A stretch of 46,126 nt of DNA. Origin: a virus. Taxonomy: Duplodnaviria > Caudoviricetes. A program made the translations under genes and the position numbers. The DNA lies in the IMG/VR virus record IMGVR_UViG_3300022936_000192, positions 1 to 46,126 of that record; one strand, given 5' to 3'. The notes beneath the pieces were generated by a model that was not told the DNA's origin, ran no database searches, and worked only from the letters and a program-made list of their open reading frames with translations. Positions 9,256-17,445 of this stretch are shown here, one piece after another. How positions within the stretch are numbered: position 1 is the first letter of the stretch; the number at the start of each line of letters is the position of its first letter.

Positions 9256-9450
9256 TTAAGCCAAATGGATGGCGAGCATTGCGCGATCCATGATTGCCAG
9301 CTCGGTGGTGCTGTTCATGATCCGGCGCAGCTCTTTCTCGCCGCCCGCGATGCCGGTCACGGCTGCTACCACGCTCAGCCTGCCTTTGATGTCCGCGCTG
9401 CGCAGTGCCGCCCGGATGCGTTCGTCTTGCTTGCTGTCGGTCAGATCCAT
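9256..9450 (-). CDS. Hypothetical protein, first gene of the PL operon
   Basis: GGAGG RBS before ATG 9450. Confidence 0.65.
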   Translation of the reverse strand: MDLTDSKQDERIRAALRSADIKGRLSVVAAVTGIAGGEKELRRIMNSTTELAIMDRAMLAIHLA

Positions 9451-9960
9451 CTCACTTCCTCCACTTGAATTCAACAAAGCGTCCGATGCGGGCGCTTGGG
9501 TGAATATGTGGCCCGGTCTCGCTACTGGCGACAGACCGGGTTTGCTGCATCATCGGTGTTGGCCCGTTGCCCGCTGCTGATTGCAGGGCTGGCCGGTCGT
9601 GGTCGTTGGTTGGCGGTGAGCTTCCTCCCCAGGGCGGCAATCAGCATCTATTCGCCTTGGATCACGGGTCCCTACAACATGCACGCTGCAGCTCGTTTGC
9701 CCGGTAGGTGGGCAGGGTGCATGAGGTCCGGCGTTCCCAGCCGAAGCTATGGGGATCGCTAATTCAATTCGGTGTCTCTCCCTTCTGCCGCCGGGATGGC
9801 GGGGCGCATTGCTTGCCGGGTCGTTCGCGCGGTTCTGGCTTGTTGCCATCGATCAGCCGTAAAGGGTGTTCCCTTTCGTGGGCGGGCTATCTGACCCGTC
9901 TGATCGCCGGTCGCCGGTAGAGGCAATGCGGTCTGTTGGTGTTTCTGTGTTACGCATCAG

Positions 9961-9972
9961 GTTTAAAGAGCG
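9961..9972 (-). promoter_or_regulatory. boxA antitermination element (nutL-like)
   Basis: Minus strand reads CGCTCTTTAAAC, close to consensus boxA, about 80 nt downstream of the predicted PL. Confidence 0.7.
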
Positions 9973-10053
9973 GATGGTGCGTTCCGGCTGCCCGAGGACC
10001 TTTGAGGCCCTGTCTCCGCTGGTCCTAAGTAGGTGGTCAGTGGCGATGGACGT

Positions 10054-10082
10054 AATTTAGAAAACTAAACAAAGATCGTCAA
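10054..10082 (-). promoter_or_regulatory. PL promoter (sigma70)
   Basis: Minus strand TTGACG (10082-10077), 17-bp spacer, TAAATT (10059-10054); overlapped by an operator. Confidence 0.7.
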
Positions 10083-10169
10083 CACTTATTTTAAGAAAAC
10101 TTAACAAAGGGGTCGCCCAAATACTCGTCAGCGGTGCGAACGTCAAGACTTACGATTTAGGAAACTTCA
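10056..10169. promoter_or_regulatory. OL repressor operators (TTWAG-N4-CTWAA) at 10056-10069, 10091-10104, 10156-10169
   Basis: TTTAGAAAACTAAA and TTAAGAAAACTTAA have perfect inverted arms; TTTAGGAAACTTCA is degenerate. Same motif recurs between cI and cro. Confidence 0.75.
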
Positions 10170-10187
10170 CGCTATGCTGCGTTACAC

Positions 10188-10203
10188 CTGTATGGATATA
10201 CAG
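10188..10203 (+). promoter_or_regulatory. LexA (SOS) box
   Basis: CTGTATGGATATACAG = CTG-N10-CAG, just upstream of the DUF1654 gene. Confidence 0.85.
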
Positions 10204-10225
10204 CAACTCAAAGGGAGGGCGCACG

Positions 10226-10543
10226 ATGGCTAAGAAGCAGGCTAAACCGGTAGTTCGGCAGGAAATGAGTGGTATCGAGCGGCTTGGCCTGAGGGTGTCA
10301 TCAATGATCAACCATCCAATCGCGCAGGATCAGCGCTGGGTGACGATTCATCGCATGGACACCGATGGCGACAGGGAATGGGAAGAGGTGCTGAGCGTGC
10401 TGTCCGAAACGGACGGTATAGAGATGACGATAAACGACGAAGACGAGTCAATTACGCTGAAGTGGGAGCCACAGGAGGAAGGGGACCCAATCGCTGAGGA
10501 CGAGGACGATTTGAGAGTGATAGCCCAGGAGGCACCTTTCTGA
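10226..10543 (+). CDS. DUF1654-family protein
   Basis: ERLGLRVSSMINHPIAQDQRWVTIHR motif; GGGAGG RBS. Confidence 0.8.
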   Translation: MAKKQAKPVVRQEMSGIERLGLRVSSMINHPIAQDQRWVTIHRMDTDGDREWEEVLSVLSETDGIEMTINDEDESITLKWEPQEEGDPIAEDEDDLRVIAQEAPF

Positions 10544-10551
10544 CAGGCAAT

Positions 10552-10582
10552 AAAAAGCCCGGCGCTTGGCCGGGCGTTTCTT
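10552..10582. terminator. Bidirectional intrinsic terminator
   Basis: AAAAA-GCCCGGC-gcttg-GCCGGGC-GTTTCTT between convergent genes. Confidence 0.7.
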
Positions 10583-10594
10583 GAAGGATCCACT

Positions 10595-11071
10595 CTAAGG
10601 AAGGAGGTGCTTGAGGGCCGCACCAAGAATACCTGACGCCAGTGCGCCAATGACGACGGCCGCACCGAGATACTTGGCCATTGTTACCTTGATGCCCTGA
10701 ATGTCCGTCGTGATGGTTTTGGCATCAGCCTTGATACTAGCAACATCCTTCTCGATACGATCCATTCGCGCATCCGAGACCTTCTCAAAGGACTTATCTC
10801 GCTCAGATTGAGCAGCGAAGAATCCCGCAAACCTGTCATCAAGCGCTTTATCGCGGACAGCCTGCTCAGCCCTGAAGGATTCCTGGCGCAAATCAAGCTC
10901 TTTGCGAAGAGAGTCATCGCGAAGTTTCAGCTCGTGGCGGTAATCAGTGATGTCTGTCATGGACTCAGTATCTCCTGTTTTTACCTTTTCGTCTCGGATG
11001 CTTCCGCGCCGCTCTTTATCGATGCCCGAAGTGATAGGCCTCACATTAAAATTCCAGGGCTTCTTTGTCAT
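10595..11071 (-). CDS. Coiled-coil protein with C-terminal transmembrane helix (accessory, immunity region)
   Basis: Heptad-rich middle, hydrophobic YLGAAVVIGALASGILGAAL tail. Alternative start at 10960 has an AGGAG RBS. Confidence 0.7.
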   Translation of the reverse strand: MTKKPWNFNVRPITSGIDKERRGSIRDEKVKTGDTESMTDITDYRHELKLRDDSLRKELDLRQESFRAEQAVRDKALDDRFAGFFAAQSERDKSFEKVSDARMDRIEKDVASIKADAKTITTDIQGIKVTMAKYLGAAVVIGALASGILGAALKHLLP

Positions 11072-11397
11072 GCCTCCGCCCCCGGATTGGCAGCGATCCA
11101 GTCGACAACCTTCTGGGCGTAAATATGGCGGTATGATCCGCAGTTGTCACAATTCATAGCGTAAAACGTTCGGAAAACTCCGGCTTTGGCGAAGTTCATC
11201 CTGTAAACCGTTAGGTGATCAGGGTCAGGATCGTTTCCGGCGTCGTTACCGAAATCTACACTCCACTGAAATTCAGCTCCGCATTCCGAACACGCAGTGT
11301 TCATGTTAACGCCGTTCAGGTAGCGCATGAAGTCACTGGAATTGACCTTGAAATGCTCGTCTTCTAACGCCTGGGCTGGGCCATTTCCATCACTCAT
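11068..11397 (-). CDS. Zn-ribbon protein (accessory, immunity region)
   Basis: CSECG...CDNCG; GAGGAG RBS; ATGA-coupled to the downstream TM gene. Confidence 0.7.
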   Translation of the reverse strand: MSDGNGPAQALEDEHFKVNSSDFMRYLNGVNMNTACSECGAEFQWSVDFGNDAGNDPDPDHLTVYRMNFAKAGVFRTFYAMNCDNCGSYRHIYAQKVVDWIAANPGAEA

Positions 11398-11451
11398 GCT
11401 TAATCAAGCTCCTCGACAGCCAATTAAATATCGCCAAACAACGAAACGCGC

Positions 11452-11691
11452 TTACTCGGACCTTTCCCGCACAATCCGCCCATCCCGAACCTCATCCGCA
11501 TACCCGGCGAGCTTGTCCTCGGCAGCATGCATCACCCGGCAGATCTTCAGCAGGGCCCAGGCGTCCGGCTCATTCCCCGCCAGGCTCAAGCGCTCGGCAA
11601 TCCGCATTAACTCAACGGCAGACCACTTCATGTCTGATGCGGAGCCGGTGAGGTCGCGCCTGAGTTCCTGATTCGGTTTGTTGAGTGCCAT
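11452..11691 (-). CDS. Hypothetical protein downstream of cI
   Basis: AGGAG RBS; MALNKPNQELRRDL type common in Pseudomonas prophages. Confidence 0.75.
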   Translation of the reverse strand: MALNKPNQELRRDLTGSASDMKWSAVELMRIAERLSLAGNEPDAWALLKICRVMHAAEDKLAGYADEVRDGRIVRERSE

Positions 11692-11730
11692 GGTTGCTCC
11701 TGCAAATCAAAGGCTCGTCAAGCGGTACTG

Positions 11731-12561
11731 CTACAGCTTCCGGGCATTCCAGACCATCAGCACCTTGGCGTGAATCGTCACGTCCTCGATACGGGCCGTT
11801 AGGTCTTTATTGTTCGGGTTGTCAGAAATCAACCAGACGTGCTCTTCATCCATCCGTTGCAAGCGCTTGATGAACAGCTCTGTATGCCAGGTGAGGAGGT
11901 ACACGCCTTCGCCCTGATAATCCTTGATCCCACGGTCAACGATCACCGGGTCCTTGTCCTCGATGGTGCCTTCCATGCTCTGGCCCCAGCCAGTGATCAT
12001 GGCTAGGGACGTATTCGAGGTATAGGAAACGCCTTTCTCGCGCAGCAGATCCTCGCGCACCACCAGATTCCGGATGGCTTCGTTGTAATCAGGCGGGAGT
12101 TGACCGTCGCCGAGGGAGGCGCGCACATCGTACTGAGGTATCAGAATTTCGCCATTGCTCGGGCGGAGCGCTGCGAAGTTTCCAGGCACATATGGCTGAC
12201 CATTCGCGGCCGGACTGTCAGCCTCGGCTGCCGCTGCCAGCATCATCTCCCGAGCCTTATCGGACAAATTCTTGCCGGCCTTCGTCGCGAGCATGTGCGC
12301 GACCAGCTCCGCGCTGCTGGAGCCAGCCTTTGGCGTATCGCCAGACGGAGAGTCCGTCGCAGTGCCGGTGCCTTCGGATAGCCAGTCAGGCGAGCACTCC
12401 AGCGCCTTCGCTAGTGCGAGCAGGTTTTTACCTTTCGCGCCATTGGTTCCGGACACCCAAAAGCTGACCGTAGCTTTTGATACGCCAGTCAATTTGCTGA
12501 TGTCGGTAGCGGTGAGGCTCAAGGCCTTCATGCGCGCCGTAACTCGGTCTTTGAATTCCAT
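11731..12561 (-). CDS. cI: CI-type repressor (Cro/C1 HTH + S24 autoproteolytic domain)
   Basis: HTH LTATDISKLTGVSKATVSFW; S24 Ser (GQSM) and Lys (FIKRL); divergent from a cro-like gene. Start placed at ATG 12561. Confidence 0.93.
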   Translation of the reverse strand: MEFKDRVTARMKALSLTATDISKLTGVSKATVSFWVSGTNGAKGKNLLALAKALECSPDWLSEGTGTATDSPSGDTPKAGSSSAELVAHMLATKAGKNLSDKAREMMLAAAAEADSPAANGQPYVPGNFAALRPSNGEILIPQYDVRASLGDGQLPPDYNEAIRNLVVREDLLREKGVSYTSNTSLAMITGWGQSMEGTIEDKDPVIVDRGIKDYQGEGVYLLTWHTELFIKRLQRMDEEHVWLISDNPNNKDLTARIEDVTIHAKVLMVWNARKL

Positions 12562-12562
12562 A

Positions 12563-12623
12563 TTTAGGATTCTAAACAAATCGTTGTTTAGATAACTTGC
12601 CTTGTGTTGTTAAGAACTCTAAA
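12563..12623. promoter_or_regulatory. OR operators at 12563-12576, 12587-12600, 12610-12623
   Basis: TTTAGGATTCTAAA, TTTAGATAACTTGC, TTAAGAACTCTAAA spaced 24 and 23 bp apart in the cI-cro intergenic region. Confidence 0.75.
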
Positions 12624-12650
12624 CTCGGCCTAGACCCTGGAGACACAGCC

Positions 12651-12860
12651 ATGACCTACGACGAAGCACTGACACATTTCGGCACTGGCCGCGCTATCGG
12701 CGACGCCCTTGGCGTGACCGGCAGCCGGGTTTCTCAGTGCCGTACCACGGGCGGGTTCTCCTACCCAATGCAATGCGTTCTGGAGAAAGAGTCGAGCGGG
12801 GCGCTTGTTGCTCGCCGCGAAGACGATCCCGCTCAGACGCTTAAAAAATCTGCCGCCTAA
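12651..12860 (+). CDS. cro: Cro-like transcriptional regulator
   Basis: EALTHFGTGRAIGDALGVTGSRVSQ...QCVLEKESSGAL (YdaS/Cro type); GGAG RBS. Confidence 0.85.
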   Translation: MTYDEALTHFGTGRAIGDALGVTGSRVSQCRTTGGFSYPMQCVLEKESSGALVARREDDPAQTLKKSAA

Positions 12861-12893
12861 CAACCACTTTTCAATCACAAGAGGATTTACACG

Positions 12894-13100
12894 ATGGCCT
12901 ACAAACACAACCCGCAAGACAAGCGCGACAAGCGACGTCAAGTCAGTTTCAACCAAACGCTGGACAAGATTCTGGAGCGTGCCGCCTGCCGTGCACATAA
13001 GCAGCACGCAACCTTTCTTCTCGAAATCATCGAGTGGGGCGTTGAAAACGGCGCAATCGAAGGCCTGCTGAAGGAAGACAAGAAGTCTAGCGCTGCGTGA
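12894..13100 (+). CDS. Small putative DNA-binding protein (CII position)
   Basis: GAGG RBS; position after cro; ribbon-helix-helix-like RQVSFNQ..DKILERAA. Confidence 0.65.
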   Translation: MAYKHNPQDKRDKRRQVSFNQTLDKILERAACRAHKQHATFLLEIIEWGVENGAIEGLLKEDKKSSAA

Positions 13101-13119
13101 TCAGCCTAAGGAGAGTCAT

Positions 13120-13344
13120 TTGCTCGAATACCAAAACCTAAGCCCAGGTACGAGGGCGCGAGTTGAAGAACTCGCAAGGAAAAAGCACTACAGCCTCGAC
13201 GAGGCTCTGGAAGAAATCGTTATCGAAACAATCGCCATGGGCGGCCTGACCTTTTCTACCCGGCCCAAAGCAACCCTCGTAGCAATCAGAGGAGGGCCGA
13301 AAGGCGATGACCTAATTAGGACCACTTCTACTGACCCTAATTAG
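13120..13344 (+). CDS. Hypothetical protein
   Basis: AAGGAG RBS, TTG start. Confidence 0.6.
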   Translation: MLEYQNLSPGTRARVEELARKKHYSLDEALEEIVIETIAMGGLTFSTRPKATLVAIRGGPKGDDLIRTTSTDPN

Positions 13345-13362
13345 TTGCACCAAATTCCAGGC

Positions 13363-13394
13363 AAAAAAATGCCGGGGTAGAGACCCGGCTTTTT
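13363..13394. terminator. Intrinsic terminator (tR1-like, possibly bidirectional)
   Basis: A-run, GCCGGG-gtagaga-CCCGGC, T-run. Confidence 0.6.
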
Positions 13395-13421
13395 CAACAC
13401 AACTTGATAGGCGGATATTAA

Positions 13422-14285
13422 ATGCAAATCGAATCACAAAGCAATACCCCCAAAGCCGCGCCACGTTTTGCGCAGTCGCATTTCGTGGCGCGGACAGAAA
13501 TTGTCTCCCTTATAGAAGGCCAGGCTTTCACCACCACGATGGCAATTGCGTCTGGCTGCAAGGTTGATCACGCGAGCGTAATAAAGCTGGTTCGCACCTA
13601 TCAGACCGATCTGGAGGAGTTCGGCTTGGTCGGATTTGAAATCCAGCCAAGACCACTGGGCCAGCACGGCGGATCTGATACCGAATACGCTCTCCTTAAT
13701 GAACAGCAATCCACGCTGATCATGACTTACATGCGGAACAGCCCCGTTGTCCGGGAGTTCAAGAAGACGTTAGTCAAGGAATTCTGGTCGCTCGTCCGCG
13801 GCAAGTCCGCCGCTCTCCCTTCCTACGCCGAAACGCTTCGCCTGTATGCCGACCAGATCGAAAAGACGGCCGTACTGCAGATCGCTAACAACCAGCAGGC
13901 CAAGAAGATCGAAAGCCTTGAGCATCTGTTTATGGCCGGCGAAACACCGAGCCAGTTCGTCAAGCGCCTAAATGGGGTCAATGCCCAGAAGATCAACGCG
14001 ACCCTGCTTGAGCTTGGATGGATCTACAACGCCGAAAGCGAACCTGACCGCAGCCCAAAATACCGGACAACCTCTAAGGCTCGTAGCCAACTATTGCTCA
14101 CCGAACGCCCGCGCAAGATCGACGGCGAGGGTTTCGACAAGCCATTGATTCGTTACGACCTGCAAATGCTGGAGAAAGGCGCTCGAAAGCTGCACGACCT
14201 CTACCTGGAGCTGCGCCTGACAATGAAGCAGACATGGGATCAGCAGTTCTTCTACGCCAAGTTTTCAGAGGAGGCGGCCCAATGA
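13422..14285 (+). CDS. Rha-family regulator/antirepressor-like protein
   Basis: TTTMAIA..HASVIKLVR...YALLNEQQSTLIMTYMRN..VREFKKTLVKEF (Rha domain), followed by an LPSYAETLRLYAD linker. Confidence 0.85.
   Translation: MQIESQSNTPKAAPRFAQSHFVARTEIVSLIEGQAFTTTMAIASGCKVDHASVIKLVRTYQTDLEEFGLVGFEIQPRPLGQHGGSDTEYALLNEQQSTLIMTYMRNSPVVREFKKTLVKEFWSLVRGKSAALPSYAETLRLYADQIEKTAVLQIANNQQAKKIESLEHLFMAGETPSQFVKRLNGVNAQKINATLLELGWIYNAESEPDRSPKYRTTSKARSQLLLTERPRKIDGEGFDKPLIRYDLQMLEKGARKLHDLYLELRLTMKQTWDQQFFYAKFSEEAAQ
13456..13493. repeat. Inverted repeat CCGCGCCACG-N18-CGTGGCGCGG (copy 1)
   Basis: Read directly; second copy at 21037-21072. Confidence 0.85.
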
Positions 14286-14560
14286 GCCAGCTAGAAATCG
14301 TTGGCCTGCGCGCCATTGAGTACACAAAAGCAATTAGCGCACTTCGGGCCGCTAAGTACGACCTGCTGGATCGCATGGCCTTGTTCGACAAGACCTACAA
14401 CGATCGGGCCAGGGTTACCCGTGACAACCCTATGTACGAGCAACTTGAAGCCTTCTGCTTTGACCAATTCAAGGCAAAGGACATTGCTCGTAACGCCGTG
14501 AACAACGCGAAGAAACGCCTCGTCAATGCGGCCATCAAGCATCAAAAGGAGGCCGCATGA
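14282..14560 (+). CDS. Hypothetical phage protein
   Basis: GGAGG RBS; coupled to both neighbours. Confidence 0.7.
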   Translation: MSQLEIVGLRAIEYTKAISALRAAKYDLLDRMALFDKTYNDRARVTRDNPMYEQLEAFCFDQFKAKDIARNAVNNAKKRLVNAAIKHQKEAA

Positions 14561-15363
14561 TGCATTACTTCAAGCGAAATATTGGTGACTACCACAAGAA
14601 GGCTGGCCGCCTAACCATGCTTGAGCACGGTGCGTACACCCTTCTGATTGACGCCTGCTATGACCGTGAGCGTTTTCCCACCATGGAAGACGCAATTGAC
14701 TGGTGCTGGGCACGCAATCAGGAAGAAATCGACGCAGTTGAGCTTGTTTTGCGCAAGTTCTTCGATCTTGTCGATGGCGTTTACGTCCAGGCGCGCATTC
14801 AAGATGAAATTTCTGCATATCACGCTACTGCCTTGAAAAATAAGGAGATTGCCGATAAGCGTGAAGCGACAAGACGCACGAAGCGTGCACCAGATAGCAC
14901 GGAGCGTGCACGAGTCGTACACGAAGCGTGCACGGATGGTCACCTAACCAATAACCATAAACCACTAACCAATAACCAAGAACCAGTAGATCAAGAGACT
15001 TGCGCATCTGCGTTGCGCGAATCCGTCGAGGCCGATCTGTTCCCAAAGTTCTGGGCTCTGTACCCACGGAAGCAGGACAAGGCCAAAGCTCAGAAGGCGT
15101 GGACGAAACTCAAGGTCACTGACGACCTGTTCAACCTGATCGCCAAGGGTCTCGCCGCGCAGGTCGTGTCTGCCGACTGGCTCAAGGACGGCGGCAAGTA
15201 CATCCCAATGCCCACCACCTGGCTCAACGGCAAGCGCTGGGAGGATGAGGTCAAGCCATCCAGCAACGTGCACCAGTTCCCGCAATCGCGTCACACCGGC
15301 TTTGCTGATCGTGACTACAGCGCGGGCCTGACCAAGCGCGAGGGTGACGGCTATGCGTTCTGA
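14557..15363 (+). CDS. Replication initiator, YdaU/DUF1376 family
   Basis: HYFKRNIGDY..EHGAYTLLID N-terminus; FWALYPRK..YIPMPTTWLNGKRWEDE C-terminus; internal iterons. Confidence 0.88.
   Translation: MMHYFKRNIGDYHKKAGRLTMLEHGAYTLLIDACYDRERFPTMEDAIDWCWARNQEEIDAVELVLRKFFDLVDGVYVQARIQDEISAYHATALKNKEIADKREATRRTKRAPDSTERARVVHEACTDGHLTNNHKPLTNNQEPVDQETCASALRESVEADLFPKFWALYPRKQDKAKAQKAWTKLKVTDDLFNLIAKGLAAQVVSADWLKDGGKYIPMPTTWLNGKRWEDEVKPSSNVHQFPQSRHTGFADRDYSAGLTKREGDGYAF
14876..14985. repeat. Probable phage replication origin (iterons + A-rich repeats)
   Basis: Repeats of CACG(A/G)AGCGTGCAC at 14876-14935, then tandem AACCAAT/AACCA units at 14944-14985 inside the initiator gene. Confidence 0.75.
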
Positions 15364-16165
15364 TCAACTGAATGCCACAGCGGCAGCAGGGCAAGACCCT
15401 GCACCAATCACCCAAATCGCTATGTGCGAGGACCACGGGCCTTTCGATCAGAAGATCACGACGATCTTCAATCGTGAGTTCAAGACCTATTGCCCTGAGT
15501 GCTCACGCATTCGCCGTGAATCCGAGGAAGCCGCTGAGCAAGCCAAGAAGGCGCTCGAAGCCCGACAAGCCATGGAGCGCAAGCTTGGCTCCGCATTGAT
15601 CCCAAAACGCTTCGTGGGCCGGACGCTGGACTCATACGAGGCAATCTCTGATGGCCAGAAGGAGGCTTTGCGTGTTTGCCGCAAATACGCAGACAAATTC
15701 CCGGCCATTTACGAAACAGGCCGCTGCTTGCTGCTGCTTGGGAAGCCGGGCACTGGTAAGACCCATCTGGCCGTTGCTGTAGCCAACGAAATCATGGCCA
15801 CCAGCAACGCCACGGCCGTGTACCGAACTGTCGGCTCATTGCTCCAGGCAATCCGGAGCACGTACGACCACAGCAGCGACCAGACCGAGGCGCAAATCCT
15901 CAACAGCATGATTCAGCCGTCTCTGCTGATTCTCGATGAGATCGGCGTGACCAAGGAAAAGCCGAGTGATTTCGAGTTGGGCACATTGTTCGCCGTGATC
16001 AACGGCCGGTACGAGCAGCAGCGCCCTACGGTGATCATTTCCAACCTCGAAGCCGAGCAACTGGCCGGGGCGATGGGTGACCGCTGCGTGGATCGACTGC
16101 GTGAAGGCGGCGGTATTGCCGTCAAGTTCGATTGGGAATCGCAACGCGGCAAGGAGGGTTTCTGA
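15344..16165 (+). CDS. DnaC/IstB-like AAA+ helicase loader
   Basis: N-terminal C..H..CPEC, Walker A GKPGTGKT, Walker B LLILDEIG, DRLRE. Confidence 0.9.
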   Translation: MTAMRSDQLNATAAAGQDPAPITQIAMCEDHGPFDQKITTIFNREFKTYCPECSRIRRESEEAAEQAKKALEARQAMERKLGSALIPKRFVGRTLDSYEAISDGQKEALRVCRKYADKFPAIYETGRCLLLLGKPGTGKTHLAVAVANEIMATSNATAVYRTVGSLLQAIRSTYDHSSDQTEAQILNSMIQPSLLILDEIGVTKEKPSDFELGTLFAVINGRYEQQRPTVIISNLEAEQLAGAMGDRCVDRLREGGGIAVKFDWESQRGKEGF

Positions 16166-16317
16166 TGAAGCAGGCACTCATAGTTTTCCTGATATCGGCT
16201 TCGATCCTGCTAACCGTGTCCTTCATCGTTTCGGCAACCAACACCATCACGTTGGCCTGCGTGAAGCTCGTCGCCGAGAAATCGACCCTGGAAAGCGCGT
16301 TGGAGCAATGTCAATGA
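16165..16317 (+). CDS. Small membrane protein
   Basis: GGAGG RBS, TGATG coupling, hydrophobic N-terminus. Confidence 0.55.
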   Translation: MKQALIVFLISASILLTVSFIVSATNTITLACVKLVAEKSTLESALEQCQ

Positions 16318-16484
16318 CCCCACTCCAACGCAGCACCGTACAAACCCTACAGGCCGAAGGCTTCCAGATCACACGTCACCAAAAAGACATGGTGCTCATG
16401 AGTTCAGGAGCAGATCACCGACTGGTCCGTACTGACGGCAGCCAACGTCGTGGCAATCATATTGAGCGGGGAGTGGGGCGATGA
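16314..16484 (+). CDS. Hypothetical protein
   Basis: ATGA coupling on both sides. Confidence 0.55.
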   Translation: MTPLQRSTVQTLQAEGFQITRHQKDMVLMSSGADHRLVRTDGSQRRGNHIERGVGR

Positions 16485-16828
16485 GTCTTTTCCAGTGTGA
16501 AGTTTGCGGCTGCTGCGAGAACACGGCGCTGGCCTGCCAAGGGTTCAAGTACATCACAGAATGCTTTGACTGGTCGTACGCCCCTGAGCGTGAAGGCAAG
16601 AAGCTGTGCAGTGCCTGTGGCCCGGTCAACTACAGGACGGAGGGAGCGACCGAATACGGCGTCTGGCATGGCGAGTTTGACCGCGTGTTCCTGCCTCTGG
16701 GCGAATTCAAAACTAATCAGCGCGGCAATCTGGAGCACATCGAGTCCGGCTCTGAAGATTTCCGCCAATTCGCAATCGTCGCCTCTGTACTCGGCGAGAC
16801 AGTGAGCGTGCCTAAGGAGCTTGTATGA
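16481..16828 (+). CDS. Cys-rich Zn-finger-like hypothetical protein
   Basis: CEVCGCCENTA...LCSAC. Confidence 0.7.
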   Translation: MSLFQCEVCGCCENTALACQGFKYITECFDWSYAPEREGKKLCSACGPVNYRTEGATEYGVWHGEFDRVFLPLGEFKTNQRGNLEHIESGSEDFRQFAIVASVLGETVSVPKELV

Positions 16829-17445
16829 CTGACTTCGCGAAGTTAAAGGCGCTGGCCGAGGCTGCAACGCCTGGCCGCGTACACGATCGTCTCGACAGTT
16901 GCGGCGGTGGTCTGAAATACGAGTGCTTCGGCGACGACGGCTCGCTGGTTCTCAAGGTCGACCACAAGAATGATGAGTGGGGCTTTGTTGGTGATAAGGG
17001 CGAGGCAGACGAGGCGTTCTTCTTGGCCTGCACGCCTGCTGCGGTACTGGCCCTGATCGCCGAGAACGAGCGTCTCCGCGCCGACTACGCCGCGTTGGCA
17101 ACCTTCAATCCCGACTGGGACCGAGTGGCGGCAGCTCAAGACTCTGTGCGCGAGCATATGGAATTGGCGAATCGTCTCAAGGCTGAGTGCGAATTGCTGC
17201 GCAAGGATGCTGAGAAATGGCAAATCGTTGAGACCGCCATGGCCCAACTTCAATCTGACGAGCAGGAAGCAAGCATCTGGTCTGCATGCTCGCGGATCCT
17301 CATATCAGTCGCTCACAAGCTGAACTCTGGCACCAGCACTGTTACGGAAGAAGGAGTGACGGTCGGTGAAGAAGAGATTGGCGATTGGTGCGTGACTGTG
17401 AAGCGTATCAAGCCAGCCATGGGCAAGGAGGTCTCCAATGGCTGA
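16825..17445 (+). CDS. Ead/Ea22-like protein
   Basis: KLKALAEAATPG...FFLACTPAAVLALIAENERL signature. Confidence 0.75.
   Translation: MTDFAKLKALAEAATPGRVHDRLDSCGGGLKYECFGDDGSLVLKVDHKNDEWGFVGDKGEADEAFFLACTPAAVLALIAENERLRADYAALATFNPDWDRVAAAQDSVREHMELANRLKAECELLRKDAEKWQIVETAMAQLQSDEQEASIWSACSRILISVAHKLNSGTSTVTEEGVTVGEEEIGDWCVTVKRIKPAMGKEVSNG

Noticed and set aside
9730-9760. GTTCCCAGCC...GGGGAT resembling a solitary type I-E CRISPR repeat (RNA anti-CRISPR)
   Set aside because: Similarity too weak and the stem differs; no CRISPR array or cas genes seen anywhere in the window.
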